A stretch of DNA of 63,942 nt, filler included, from Reticulomyxa filosa (lineage: Eukaryota > Protista > Foraminifera), in assembly GCA_000512085.1 (NCBI GenBank). It is 27 parts of 27 records of this genome, joined end to end, with 100 filler letters (N's around TTAATTAATTAA, not from the genome) between each part and the next. Parts side by side here need not be neighbours in the genome. Positions count along the whole stretch, not along the records: positions 24,062 to 26,800 come from ASPP01002880.1; positions 26,901 to 28,356 come from ASPP01014041.1; positions 28,457 to 29,694 come from ASPP01014690.1; positions 29,795 to 32,118 come from ASPP01007016.1; positions 32,219 to 36,162 come from ASPP01025251.1; positions 36,263 to 37,766 come from ASPP01048063.1; positions 37,867 to 38,944 come from ASPP01002924.1; positions 39,045 to 40,580 come from ASPP01042082.1; 19 more parts are not named here. One strand, 5' to 3'. The number at the start of each line of letters is the position of its first letter. The first letter of the stretch is position 1. Of this stretch, positions 25,964 to 39,140 are shown piece by piece. Under the pieces are notes generated by a model. That model saw nothing but the letters and a program-made list of their open reading frames with translations, was not told the DNA's origin and did not search any database. Position numbers and translations under genes: made by a program.

Positions 25964-26659
25964 TAATGTATGTGTGGTGTCCTTGCTTCATCACTGAAAC
26001 AAGGAACATGCATGTCCCTTTCCTTTTCAATTTGCGTTCACAATTTTATTAATTACGCTTTATATTTTAAACTTTCTCACTGACTTTTAAAAACTAATCG
26101 AATGGACGTTTTATTTTCAAACCAAAGCAAAAAAAAACTCGAGGCACAAGCTGACATCCAATAACATATAGAAGTTCAGCTTGATAGACAAACACATTTT
26201 CTTTTCAAATTTTTCTCGCTAACTTACATCAAGTGTTTTTATTTTGGAATAACACGATTGCGCATTCTCAATTTGGTTATAATGTTATATATTTACTTGA
26301 ATATTATTGCACAACGTGTATAAACGTGAAACAATTACTTTTATTACAACTGAAATCATTTCAGCATGACTGTCATAAATAAATCATGTTCAAAATAAAT
26401 AAAAAAACTTTTTTAAACAATAAGTACTTTTATTATTTAGAAAATCTTATTGTGAAGAAATATCAGAATTAAATTAAGTCAAAATATGAACTAAAAGTAC
26501 AAACAAAGATTAAAAATGTAAATAGTTTAAAAGAATACGAATAATAATTTGTATAATAATTTGTTCATTTTAATATAAAATATGCTGATAATATGGTTGA
26601 TCAATAATAAGTGTCAATGCTGTCTTTCAAATATGCGTAGGAATAGTGAGATGACTAAG

Positions 26660-26800
26660 TGTAATACGAAAGGAACTTAGTTCCAAAAAGCAAATCCAGT
26701 AAAAGGAAATTAAATTAACAAAAATAATCTCAACACAAAAAAGGAAAACAAGTAAAAAAACACAAAAGTGAGTTGTGAAGAGGGTTTTAACCCACCGGGG
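26660..26800 (-). mobile_element. Solo-LTR-like repeat, copy B (truncated by contig end)
   Basis: TGTAATACGAAAGG is the reverse complement of the copy-D end (CTCTCGTATTACA). Contains TTTAACCCACCGGG, shared with copy C. Confidence 0.55.
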
Positions 26801-26942
26801 NNNNNNNNNNNNNNNNNNNNNNNNNNNNNNNNNNNNNNNNNNNNTTAATTAATTAANNNNNNNNNNNNNNNNNNNNNNNNNNNNNNNNNNNNNNNNNNNN
26901 AAAAAAAAAAAAACAAAAAAAAAAAAAAAAAAAAAAAAAAGA

Positions 26943-28168
26943 GTGGCAAACATTGTAGTAAATGTGAGGGACGTATCTGCAGTGCTACTCGTAAACGCGG
27001 AGGTATATCCTTACGTACTCTATTATGGCCGTGACGAGATCTACGCAATGGGGTCTGACAACATTGAGGATTGGACGCAAGCCACGACGATGTTGCTATT
27101 ACCGTCTTGGAAGTCTTGGACGAATACTAACGGCAGCAATGCCTCGCATTGGAATTGGAACAGCATCTCTCCGGCTACGTCGCCACTGCAATTGTCTTGT
27201 GGCGACTATCTACTCTTGTACAACGTGTGGAGCCAAAAACTCTTTGGGAAACATTGGCTGGGTGATCTTGAACGGACAGAACCCTTTTCAAATCAAAGTG
27301 CAAAGTGAAGAACCTCTCTTGTCGTTGACCATGCCCTTTGCAAACACGTGCATCACTCCTTATCTTTCCCCGCAGACCCTAAATGGCGTCTATCTCACTG
27401 CTGCCACCTTTGTCTCTTTCACTTCGCAAACACACAATTCCTTTTCGCTTCAAACCACTGTTGTCACCAACAACATTCGTCTGTTTTTCTTAATCAATCG
27501 TGCATCCATTGGCACCACGCTTTTGCATGTTAATGGTAATGTATACGTTATTCTTTTTCAAAACAAATATATATATATATATATGTATATGTGTATATCC
27601 TTTTTTTTTTTCTCTTTGTGTGTTAGTAACGTATCAACACAAAATGATATATTGGTGGGCATTACTTTTGTCGTCCATTATAATCGTTCTTTGTGTCGTT
27701 GGCATTATGTGTGGCTGGCTGAACATGAACAAAAGAAGACGCTTGAGTTGTGCTATGGACAGCAAGTCAGCTCCGACGTTGAGTGTACTGGATGCACTGT
27801 TGCAAAGCGACGAATCCTTTCAGGTCGCTATAAAACAACACAAAGTCGCGCGAGATGATTCCACACAAAGCACGAACAGGACCTCTCGCACTGACAATGA
27901 CAATGACAATGACAATGACAATGATAATGATAACGACAACGACTCTACCGATTATGAACACAGCGACAGAGAACGCTACAATGAAAATGAAGACGAAAAG
28001 AAAGCAGAGGAGGATTACGAAGACAAACATAAACAACGTGATAACGATGACAATGACGATGACGACAACGATGACGATGATGATAATGATTATAATTATT
28101 ATTGTGGTGACGATGAAGAGAAGGACGAAACGGAGCAGAAACAACACAAAACAAGGAGGGATGTCTAA
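26943..28168 (+). CDS. Membrane-anchored glycosidase-like beta-propeller protein (GH130/DUF377-like) with acidic tail; 5' truncated, one frameshift
   Basis: 'SPLQLSCGDYLLLYN' followed by 'GWVILNGQNPFQIKVQSEEPLLS' resembles the GH130 signature (PP+..DG.+L+Y; G..+LD..DP..+..RS.EP++). The frames join if A5 at 27235-27239 is A4. A TM helix 'IYWWALLLSSIIIVLCVVGIMCGWL' and a D/N-rich tail follow. Confidence 0.6.
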
Positions 28169-28524
28169 CAAAAAAAAAAAAAAAAAGGTTCATTGCAATT
28201 GTTGAAAACACCCATATCACTAAGTGCAATTTCACATTTTTTTTTTTTTTCTCTTTCCTTTTTTTTTTTTTTTTTTTGTTATTATTACTATTGCGACTAT
28301 AATTTTGATTATTATTGTTTTGGCTTAGTTTAGTTACCCCAACTCAAAAAAAAAAANNNNNNNNNNNNNNNNNNNNNNNNNNNNNNNNNNNNNNNNNNNN
28401 TTAATTAATTAANNNNNNNNNNNNNNNNNNNNNNNNNNNNNNNNNNNNNNNNNNNNGGGGGGGGGGAGTGTATAAAAAAAAACTTTTTTCTTTTTTTTTT
28501 TTTTTTAATATAAATTTTGTCCAG

Positions 28525-29694
28525 ATAAATGGAACCGTTCACGATATGCTATTTAGTCCAATAATTCTTGAATTGAAATTCAAAGACTGTAAAGACCTGT
28601 TTAAAAACTGTACGTTACGTTTGGAGTATGGGCTGATCGACAACAACACGATTTACAATGAGACGACATACACCGGTACTACTTGAGATCAAGAAACAAA
28701 GAAATAAAGAGAAAAGGGGGAATTTGTGAACATATTCAATAAATAAAAAAAAATTATCCCCTTTTTTTTTTTTTTTTTTTTTTTTTTTGAAAAAAAAACT
28801 CATACACACAAACTCAATGACACATGTTGTTTTTTTAAATTTCCCTCAATATACGTAAATTAAAATAAAAATAATAAAAAAAAAAAGGTGTTGGAGACAC
28901 GTCTCAAATGGGAGAGGTGTTGATGTACGAAGGCCAGGAATATGTAATGTGCTGGAACCCTCCCATGTCGTTGTCCCCGGGCTATGACAGCTATTATGGA
29001 CTGTTCAATCTGAAGAAGGGAGATCCCATCTACGCTTGGGTCGACACGTTGTGGCGAAGTATATACGCTGATTATAACGGCACGGTGAATTACAAGGGAG
29101 TGGATGTGTTCAAGTATTTGGTTCAACTGCATCCTCAGTTTGACAATATCGACATCGACCCTTCCAACGCCCAGTATTATCAATACGGCCCCAGCGGAGT
29201 CATCAACTTGACTAGTTGCGAAGGCATACCCGTGTTCATGTCCATGCCCATGTTCCTTGGCTCCGATTACGCTGTCAACAATACCAAAATGGGCTTGCGC
29301 AATCCCATTTGGGACCAAGACGCTCCATTCCTCGATGTGGAACCCATCAGCGGTGAGTTGCTCATGCTTTCTATTGTTTACTTGTTTTTTATTTTTTATT
29401 TTTTGTATGTACAATTTTCATGTTTTTTATTAAACAAAAGGGGCAATATTCAATGCCAACAAATCGTTGCAACTCAATTGGCCATTGCACAATCTTCCTA
29501 CCCATGTTCTGGGCGAAACCAACGAAACCAACGCGCAAAGCTCGGCTCAAAATGATGGCGTCAACGGGGCACGACGTTTACTTCAAAGCCCAGCACCAAC
29601 ACCAATTCCAACGCCAATCCCAACATCAATTCCAACGCCAATCCCAACATCAATTCCAACGCCAATTCCAACAACAACAATTCCAACAACAATT
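28525..29694 (+). CDS. CD36/LIMP-II (scavenger receptor class B) family protein, partial, spliced
   Basis: 'GVINLTSCEGIPVFMSMPMFLGSD', 'FLDVEPISG/AIFNANKSLQLN'; followed by PTPIPTSI repeats. Confidence 0.85.
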
Positions 29695-29794
29695 NNNNNN
29701 NNNNNNNNNNNNNNNNNNNNNNNNNNNNNNNNNNNNNNTTAATTAATTAANNNNNNNNNNNNNNNNNNNNNNNNNNNNNNNNNNNNNNNNNNNN

Positions 29795-29832
<38 letters not shown>

Positions 29833-29835
<3 letters not shown>

Positions 29836-30463
29836 AAACAGACCAGATTTAATTTTACACCATCGTCGACCATTATCGCAGACTATCTCGACTAATACTT
29901 CACCGGTTTTGATGACGTTGGACGTGCCATCTTTACTCGACTGGGCTTTTTTCTTGTTTTTTTTCACGTAATGGAAGCGCTTAAATAAGCCGCTTACTCG
30001 CGGCCCTTCTTCTTTTATTTGTTGCCAAATTCCAAATAAGTATGGAATATTTGATGAATTTTGTCGTTGCTGCGTTATGGTTTGACTCTTTTTCATTTAT
30101 TTTTTTATTTTTTTTTTTTGTATGTTGTGTGTTACTTCTATTGGTCTTTCTTGTTCTTTTTTTTTTTTTTTTTTTGGACATGACCCCAGGGGCCCCTTAA
30201 CTTCACTCAATAGACTCAGCTCTTTCTTCACATAACGCCGAAATTTTCGCAGTCCATCAATCTCACGCCGCAAGGGGTTGGCTTCTAATTCTTCCACTGC
30301 TTTGTTCCCCATTGCTTTTAGAGTCTCCATCTTTTTCCCCATTTGTACACATACAACACTCTTTTGCTTATTGCTATCACTTTCACATGTTGCGACAACA
30401 CAGTTTCAACAGATTTTTAACCGAGTATTTGACGCTTTTGTCGTCGTCATCGCACGAGGCCAT
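29833..30463 (-). CDS. DUF1308/UPF0415 (C7orf25-like) protein, N-terminal part, spliced
   Basis: 'IDGLRKFRRYVKKELSLL', 'SSNIPYL..IW' and 'VLVEIVCDNGRRWCKIKS' match DUF1308 N-terminal blocks. Probable ATG at 30463. Confidence 0.7.
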
Positions 30464-30779
30464 TTTTCAATTTGTTCCTTTGTTTCTCACTGGGAACTAA
30501 TATTCAAACGAGATTAAGTGGGTGACACTCAAGAACGGTCACAAATATTGATTATCGTTTCTCAAACGTCAACACTCTGTCGAGTTTTTTATAATGAGCG
30601 GCCTTTTTTTTAGGAACAGAAATTGCGTTGGATTTTTCAAAAGAAATTTCTACTTTTCGTATATACAAAAAAAATATTTCACTATTACAAATTTCAATTG
30701 AAAGGGCCTAGACTTGGCACGTCAAAACATTCTTCTTTATTTTGAAATAAAAAGAATATACTGAAAAATAAAAGGAATA

Positions 30780-32118
30780 ATGACCTCCAATCAATCTACT
30801 GACAACCCGTCTGACACGAAAGAAGCACCACAAAGCCAGACAGAAGCAGCCAACAAAAAAGGCATTTTTGTTTTGTACTAGTCACAAAAGTGGAAATGGA
30901 GAAGTACGGATGACCGGGGGGGGGGGAAAAATATAGACATTAGATCATTAGATTTATCGAATGGTGAGGTAAAAATAGAATTTGGGACAAAGATGTTTTC
31001 TCCATATAACCATGACGAAATCACTTCATTTGACCAGCTGAACCTGTTTAGATAAAAACAAACAAATAATTGCGACTTCGCGTGTGGCTTCTTTATTTGT
31101 GTGTTTTTCAACAAATTGCCAAAGAGGAAGCCGAATGAGAGAAAAAACTAAAAATAAAAAAAATAAAAAAGACGAAAAGAATTGATTGAAGCCTGTGCGT
31201 TGGCTCATTTCGTCCGCCCTTCAAAAATTCAAGCCAATGCATTGCCTATCCTCCTTTCAAAAAGTTTGTAGAAGAAAACTTCCCGTTTTTTTTTTTTTTA
31301 ATTAATTAATTATTAAAAAAAAAAAAAAATTTGTGTGGACTTTGGGCAAGTACAGTGAGAAAGGCAAATATCCAAATTTCGTCGGACAAGCGCAACACGG
31401 CAGTGGTAAAACGGCAACGTTTGCATTGACAATACTACAGAGAATTGAAGAAGAAAGCACTAAGTTGCAAGCAATATGTCTATGCCACTCTAGAGAACTG
31501 GCAATACAAACACACGATGTGATCAAAAATTTGTCTTGTCGCATGAACAATGTCGAGATTTTCCTTGCTGTGAAAGATGAGACCTTGCCTGCTCCGTGGA
31601 AACATCAAATTATTGTTGGCACTCCAGGGACCTTACTCAAATTGCTTTTCAATACCAAAACAGATGTTTCATTATCCGAATTTTTGAAGAAATTGAAAAT
31701 GTATTATTTTTTTTTTTTAATTGAATGCCGTGTATAGTAATATTGCTAATCATCATCTTTAAACAAACACAAAAAGATTAGTAATCGATGAGGCGGATGA
31801 GTTTTTACGTCATCCTGATTCATCCCAAGACGGTGCTAACAGCAATAACCAAACGGAAGAGGGAGAGGAAGAGGCAGGGGGAGAGGCCGAGGCCAAACGA
31901 GAGATATCCCAGGCAGTGAAAATTTGACGACGCAACTTCGCCAAATAATCAATAAAATCGAACAATTTTCGGAACCGAAACACAAAGCCGAGCAACAAAT
32001 ACTTTTGTTCAGTGCGACGTATCCCAAAAAAATTAAAGAGCTGGTTGACAAAATTGCCCCTGATGCGATTATTATCAGTGTTTTGAAGTTTTGTTTTTTT
32101 GTTTTTTTTTTTTTTTTT
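30780..32118 (+). CDS. DBP5: DEAD-box RNA helicase Dbp5/DDX19-like, spliced, 3' truncated
   Basis: Q motif 'RPSKIQANALPILL', motif I 'GQAQHGSGKTATF', 'HSRELA', 'GTPG', 'IDEAD' and 'LLFSATYP'. Confidence 0.85.
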
Positions 32119-32218
32119 NNNNNNNNNNNNNNNNNNNNNNNNNNNNNNNNNNNNNNNNNNNNTTAATTAATTAANNNNNNNNNNNNNNNNNNNNNNNNNN
32201 NNNNNNNNNNNNNNNNNN

Positions 32219-32253
<35 letters not shown>

Positions 32254-34599
32254 GTGTTTGGGCATGAAATGTTCAGATATGAAATGTGCCAAAGTGCAAT
32301 AGACAATTTTTCCATCGAGGAGTAAGCATAAGCGTCGAATGATCAAATCGCCCCGTAGTTTCAGTAAGTCTCTTCTCTTTTCAAAAATGAGAAGCAAATG
32401 ATGTAGCAATATATGAAAATATTTGGGGAACAAACAAATCCTCGCAAGCACTTGAATGTCCAATTTTACGACAAGATCGTCCGTATCGCTCAAGCGCTCA
32501 AAGCACACGTCCATCAGCGTATCCATTTTGGACTCGACACAGTCCACCTTTTCATCTCTCAAGAGTTCGCCAATCCACTTCAAGGTGGCTTTGCGGGAGT
32601 GCACGCATTCTCTCCGCCCGAGCATTTGGATCAGCACATTCATGACCTCCTTCATGTCAATGCACGCATACTTGTCCTCGTTCATCAGCATGATGATCTC
32701 CAGCAGCGTTTGATTCAGCACCTCCGCCTCCTCGCAAATGCGGTTGTCATTCAGCGCATACAAAATGCACTGCAGCACTTGCGGGTATAGTTTACTGATC
32801 CGACGTTTTCCCAGCACGATTAACGTGTCGAGCCACTTCAATGCCGTCAATTTCTGCTCTTGACTGCCTTGCGCGAATAGATTCGTCGCCGTCGCCGTCG
32901 CCGTCTGTTCATGTGCGTCTGTTGCACCCGCTGCATTACTAGTAATATTTGTCGTCATAGTCGTGGTGGCAATAGTATTGTTATCACCTCCTTGCTTTGT
33001 TATAGTGTTTGTGTCAGCAGCTGCATTGGCAGTGGCTGTTTTGTTCGCAGCATCCTCTTTCCGTTCCTTCCCGGTGTCGTCGTACGCCAAAATAGCATCG
33101 ATTTCCAACGACTGGTCGTCGGACTCATCGCTTTGATCGGCGTCGGCGTTTGCAGGCACTGTCAATTGTTGTGCCGTCGCAGCAGCAGCTGTTGTTGTTG
33201 TTATTATTGGTGTTGGTGTTGGTGTTGTTGTTCTCACTTTCATTGGCGTCACAACTTCGATCGGCAAAGACTTGGCCTTCTCACTGAGTTGTGATGACGA
33301 AGGCAAAGATGACAATAAGAACGACGACGAAGAAGATAGCAATGGCAATTCTCCCCCTCGCTTTGTAGCAGTAGTAGCAGCAGCAGTAGTAGCAGTAGTA
33401 GCAGTAGTAGCAGAAGTAGTAGTAATAGTAATAGAAGTTGGTACTACTGTTATTGCATTTGCATTTGCATTTGCATTTGCATTTGTATTTGTATTTGTTA
33501 TTGTCTTTGCTGTCATTGCAATTGCTAAAGGCGAAGTCGTCAGAATCCTCATTCTCATAGCTCCATCGTCCTTATCCTTATCTCTATATTTTTTATCCGT
33601 GAGCATTTGGAGAGAGGAGTTTGTGGACAGAATGACGAACACCAGCAGTTCGACGACACTAAGAATGTCGAGTGACTCGTTTGCGTGCACAGGCTGTTCA
33701 TTGCGCTCTTTGAGATAGCACTCGATTTCCTCCAAAAAGTCTTCCATGACGTGTGCTGCCTGCGACGCCAGACGGTCGAAGCGATCGACCAAAGCCACAA
33801 ATAAATGTCCCAAAAACTTGGGCAGATGCTGCAGCATATCAATGTCGGGCTCGATGTCGAGTGCCGATAACCAGTTCAATGCCAACATGCGCACGTTGTG
33901 CGACGCGTTGGTCATCAGGCTTTCCAACGAGCGGATAAACGTCAACACGTCGAATCGATCGTAACTGCATGCCACGTCTTGCAGCAGCATGTTCACGCTG
34001 CGGTTGGCGTTACGCACGTTCGGATCTTCGTCGTCACACAGTCTTTGGATTTGCTTGAAAATCAGATCGAAAAATATCATTATGTTATATCTCGCCACTT
34101 TGATCACATTATACAACGTCTCGCATGCGTAGTAACGCACTGACGTGTCGTCGTCTTCCAAACGCTGCTCCAATATCGGCACCACCACCGCCAAAAATTG
34201 GATCCCTTCGTATGTCAACGATGGACTATTCGAGTCGCGCATGTGCGTGTGCGTGCCTTTCGTCAGTCCTATCATTACTCCTGCCAATGCCGACAATCCT
34301 CCCTTTCGGCTGTTCGATTGCTCGTTACGTATATAGTTCGCCAACAAATAGTCCACCACTTTCTGGATTTGGTCCGTTCGGTGGTACACCAATGGCAGGT
34401 CTTGGTGTCCGTGAGATGGTGCTGCTGTCGCGTTCTCTTCTCGGTCCTCTTCCGCTGCTTCCCCTCGGAAATCCGTCGAGTCCGGCTCGCTCTCCATTAT
34501 CTCCTGCACTTTCAACGCTATGCTCACCGCTGAGAGCTCGCGCTTCAAATACGAGCGGTCACCCAAGGTGCTCGTTATGGTTGCCAGATCGTGCGCCAT
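32219..34599 (-). CDS. VAC14: Vac14, scaffold of the PIKfyve/Fab1-Fig4 complex (3' truncated)
   Basis: 'NSRKGGLSALA', 'DDDTSVRYYACETLYNVIKVAR' and 'LSDTDDLVV...LLKLRGDLIIRRLCLLL', with a long T/A/S low-complexity insert. Confidence 0.93.
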
Positions 34600-35442
34600 G
34601 ATTGATTATTATACAAAAATTCTCCCTTTATTATCAAAAATGTTTACACTCCCCCCTTTCTATTCTTTCGCTAATTACTATTTTACTGACCTTTGAAAGA
34701 ATCACAATATTTGTAAAAGTGCTGCTATCATTTTAGTAAACATTTTAGACGTGTTAACATTAAAATAGCTACAAGGTCATTGCACAATCAAGCAATTTTT
34801 AAAAAAATGAGGACTCACTTAGAAATAAAGACTGTCTTTTGTACTAAAAGTCATCAGTTATTATCACAATGAAAGATGTACTGATTAAAAGAGACGTGGC
34901 AACGGGAACTCATTATAAAAATCTCGTAAGTACTCTACCTGCTAAAAATCCTGTAAAAACTATACATTGCAAACTAAATTTTTCAAAATTAAAAACAAAG
35001 GAAGCTCATATCTTGCTTTTATGATGTTTTATCACAAGTATAAAGATTCACTAGCGCCAAACGTAAGTACAAAACTAAAACTGACATAAAATAATTATTC
35101 CAATTTATCCATAAGATTAAACCATAACTACCTTCTATAATGCTAATACTAAATAAATTGGAATATTCTGCATCTTATGGTGCGGTATTTCCAATATTAT
35201 ACAGTGGAAGTGAAAACTTTATAAATCTGTTGAACCGAACCAGCTCGACTCTTGTTTGACGTTCGGTTTTTTTGGCCAGAAGGGGGCAATAAAATTGAAT
35301 CAAACGAACTGAACAAATCATGACCACTCCCAGAAATCCCAACAAAAATGTTATGTGAAACTATTAAAGAGAAAATCCGAGCAAATAACATGATGTTTTT
35401 TACAAATTAGCTTGATTTTTTTTTCCCTTAAAAACGTTACAG

Positions 35443-35947
35443 TCACGGCCAGGCTTGTTAACCAGTTTTACGAACCTGGTGTGTCAGTCCGAGTTTTTGG
35501 CATTGTATTTAGCAAGTTTGCCATTGGGATGCATATTTTTATTGGATGTGTTACCATCAAGAATTTCATTATTGTTATTGGGACATTTAAGTGGCAACCT
35601 TTATCATTTTGATGCATTGTTTCTGTCATACTCTTTCACAAATTTTTTCAGCGTTTTTGTATTATCTCTATCATGTGGATTGGATACCCTTAGCAGCGTT
35701 TGTTGTATTTGTCTTTTATTTTTTATATTTATCAAAGCAATGACAATGTTGAACTTAAAAGTGTACCCTTTTTTTTTTTTCCCCTTCAAATGAAATATTT
35801 TTTCACAGGCCGATCTGCATCATTCCGTATACTACCGATATGCAATAATGTTGGTTACAGGAGGCTTTATCATTTATTTGCTTGCAGCGCTGTATTCTGC
35901 ACCTATTTTGACCATGTTGTATCAACCTACCTATATCATTTCACAAG
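35443..35947 (+). CDS. MATE-family transporter N-terminal fragment (start unresolved; may be a pseudogene)
   Basis: 'ISLLLLGHLSG...SFTNFFSVFVLSLSCGLDTLSS', then after an intron 'YYRYAIMLV...SAPILTMLYQP', follows MATE TM1-TM3. Confidence 0.55.
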
Positions 35948-37014
35948 TTGAAATTCGTGCTCGTGTGTAATGCGTGATTTTTTTTTTTACATACTCCCTT
36001 TCCCCTTTTCCTCCCTAATACGTCAAAAAAAAAAAAAAAAAAAAAAAGACAAGCAATTGCATACAACTTTTGATTCCTTATGCGTTATGTTATGTGACGT
36101 TTTCAATGGTACGTAAATCATTATTTAGACATTTGAGAGTGTCGTTGATTATTTTTTTAATGNNNNNNNNNNNNNNNNNNNNNNNNNNNNNNNNNNNNNN
36201 NNNNNNTTAATTAATTAANNNNNNNNNNNNNNNNNNNNNNNNNNNNNNNNNNNNNNNNNNNNGTGTTTGACAGTGGACACGCTGGACTAAAAATCAAATT
36301 AGTCACAACCTCACAAGGTTTCCGGGAATTATTCACAAATAGCACGTAGAAATGCAACCAGCTCCTTTTTTTGTCTTTTTTTCTTACAAAATAATGTGCA
36401 CTGTTTGATCGGGTTCTATGTTATCCTTTAGCTTGTTTGTACTAGATTAAATGAATTGCCTTTTGGGATATGTATTTCAGGCAAAAACGGGATAGTCTTA
36501 TTTGAGTATAGTAATCTGCTGGAGATTAATAATATCAAAATTATGTCATCTTAATGTCTCAAATCATTGCCAGCTTTTTTTTTTAATTGATTAAGTTTTA
36601 TAATCAAAATTGATCATATTAAATCAAAACATTATTAATAACTAAAAACATTATACGTTTTATTTGTTTTTTTCTGGTAAAAAAAAAAATTTGAATAAAA
36701 TTTATATAAAATATTTAATGTCAAAATCATAGCTCGCGACCAACAGCTGGTAATATTATCAACTTTCAGTTGCGAATTCTAATCATGTCATATAAAAAAA
36801 AAATAAATAAAAAATCAATATATACAAAGTTTATTTTTGTAGTAATGGTCAAATATTTAATTATATCTTTTATTTCTTTTTTTACTATTTCTTATCAAAG
36901 TTTAATATAATAAAATTTATTTATGTTTAATCAAAAAAATAAATATATATATCATTAAAAGCTTTAAAGTATAAAATATGCTTACTTCAATTTTCATTTG
37001 AGCTTATAGCAAAT

Positions 37015-37269
37015 TTAAATTTTCGTTTTTGTATCATTAATACTTAAATATAAATATACATTCAATGATTTAACATCATTACTAACATGTAATTCATAAC
37101 ATTGACATTTTTTTTCTTCATCATATTCAATTGATAACAATATATTATTACAAAATAACATCATTTTGTAATTTTGTTTATTTTCTTTAATTATTTCTTG
37201 TATTTGCCCAATATTTGAACTTGGTACAAAGCAATGATAACATATTTCAATATTAGTTGGTAATTTCAT
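37015..37269 (-). pseudogene. Fragment of lineage-expanded kelch-like beta-propeller family
   Basis: 'ICYHCFV...MLFCNNILLSIEYDEE...YLYLSIND' resembles the expanded kelch-motif family I recall from Reticulomyxa. No intact flanking frame. Confidence 0.5.
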
Positions 37270-39044
37270 GTTTAATAAATTGAAATGTATTTAAATTAAA
37301 CAAAATAATATTTTCACATTTATAAGTGATAAATAACAAATTATTGCTGCGTCCACCAACGGATTATTCATTCAATCAAGCATCAAGATCTGTTTTTTTG
37401 TTTTGTTTTTTGTATTGCTTTAACTGTACAAATAAAAATAAAAAAAATAAAAAAAAAGTAATCAAATAATGTAAAATTCTTTTCATTTATCTGCAAACAT
37501 TCCTATTGCTGGCTTCGACACAAAGTCGCCTGAATTACTCGTTCACAGACCTGAAGTAATTCCACAAATAAATTCTTGCGTCCTTAAAGTTTGTATACCT
37601 GGTTGTCTATGTTTGTTTGTATATCTTTGCAATTTAAGAACATTCTCCCAACGTAGATATTTTGATGCTAATAATTACGTTTTTTTTGTTTTGTTGTTTT
37701 CTTTCTTTCTAAACGTGCAACTCTTCCCGCTTTTTACAAATCCGTAGAAAAAAAGCAAATATACATNNNNNNNNNNNNNNNNNNNNNNNNNNNNNNNNNN
37801 NNNNNNNNNNTTAATTAATTAANNNNNNNNNNNNNNNNNNNNNNNNNNNNNNNNNNNNNNNNNNNNGGGGGGGTGTTGTAGATGATGGGATGATTAAAAA
37901 AAAATGTAGTAATAAAAAAAAAAAGAATAATAAATAACAAAAGGGGGGAAATGAATAATGGGGAAGAAAAAAAAGAGGATGATAAAAAAGAAAAAAGAAA
38001 ATAGAAAAGAAATATAAAATAATAGAAAAAAAAAAGAAAATAGAAAAAAGAATATAAAAAAGTATTGAAAAAAAATTTAAAAATGAGTATTTTTATAATG
38101 ATAATAATAATAAAGAAAATAAAAATAAAATGAAAAAAAGAATAAGATGTATATATAATTTTTTTTTAATGTTGGGTATCCCATACGAGGATAACAACAA
38201 AGTTAAGTATTTATTTTTTATTCTTTTTTTATTTGTGTTTGTTAAAAAAAACTAATCTAAAAATATAATATAACATTATAGAAATTGACATTGGCCAACC
38301 AAGGCGAGTGAAAGACAAAGACAAAATGCAAATATCAGATCTATCAAATCATTCCTGAAGAAGAACTTGAATATGGATTGTCTACTCTAATTCAATCATT
38401 TGTTCATACTATTGGATTGGTGGATATATAAATTGGACCATTTGCAAGAATTAAGCGATGCACTATATTCAATGGCACAATACAATAAATCAATAATATG
38501 TTTTCTCTATATTCAACATACATGCTATTCTTGGAAGCGGCATTGGCTCAAAAATAATACAAGCACCAGTGACAATATCGCACCATAAGTTCCATTGATA
38601 AAAATTCATCTGAATATTCGTTGTTGAACATAGGTTGCTGTGAACGTGAAGAAGTATTCCACAAAATTGATATTTTATTTTTACAAATTGAAAGTTGCAT
38701 CTAAGATATAATATCGAAACAATGCAAGACCAAATCCAACATTTGCAATATCGTCATCAAAGGGAACGCCAGCATAATTGAAAGGACAACAAGTTGAGGT
38801 GAATTGGGAACAAGTGGCTACTTTAATCTTTTTTCAATTGTCTTTAATTGATATGCTATTTTTGTATATGTATAGATTTCAAACAACAAGAAATGTTAAG
38901 CCGTTAGAGATTATGAACATTTCGTCCTGAGCACAGCTGGCATGNNNNNNNNNNNNNNNNNNNNNNNNNNNNNNNNNNNNNNNNNNNNTTAATTAATTAA
39001 NNNNNNNNNNNNNNNNNNNNNNNNNNNNNNNNNNNNNNNNNNNN

Positions 39045-39086
<42 letters not shown>

Positions 39087-39140
39087 GTAAAAAAAGGTTC
39101 TTTCATTTGTTTAATCAAAAAAAAAAAAAAAAAAAGTTTA

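Noticed and set aside
27890-28110. Asp-rich tract as a biomineralisation protein
   Set aside because: It lies after the TM helix on the predicted cytoplasmic side, and similar D/N slippage tracts occur in unrelated housekeeping genes here.
32413-34601. Many overlapping + strand ORFs opposite Vac14, and likewise opposite TCF25 and the MMPL gene
   Set aside because: Antisense shadows caused by GC-richer codon usage; no recognisable motifs.
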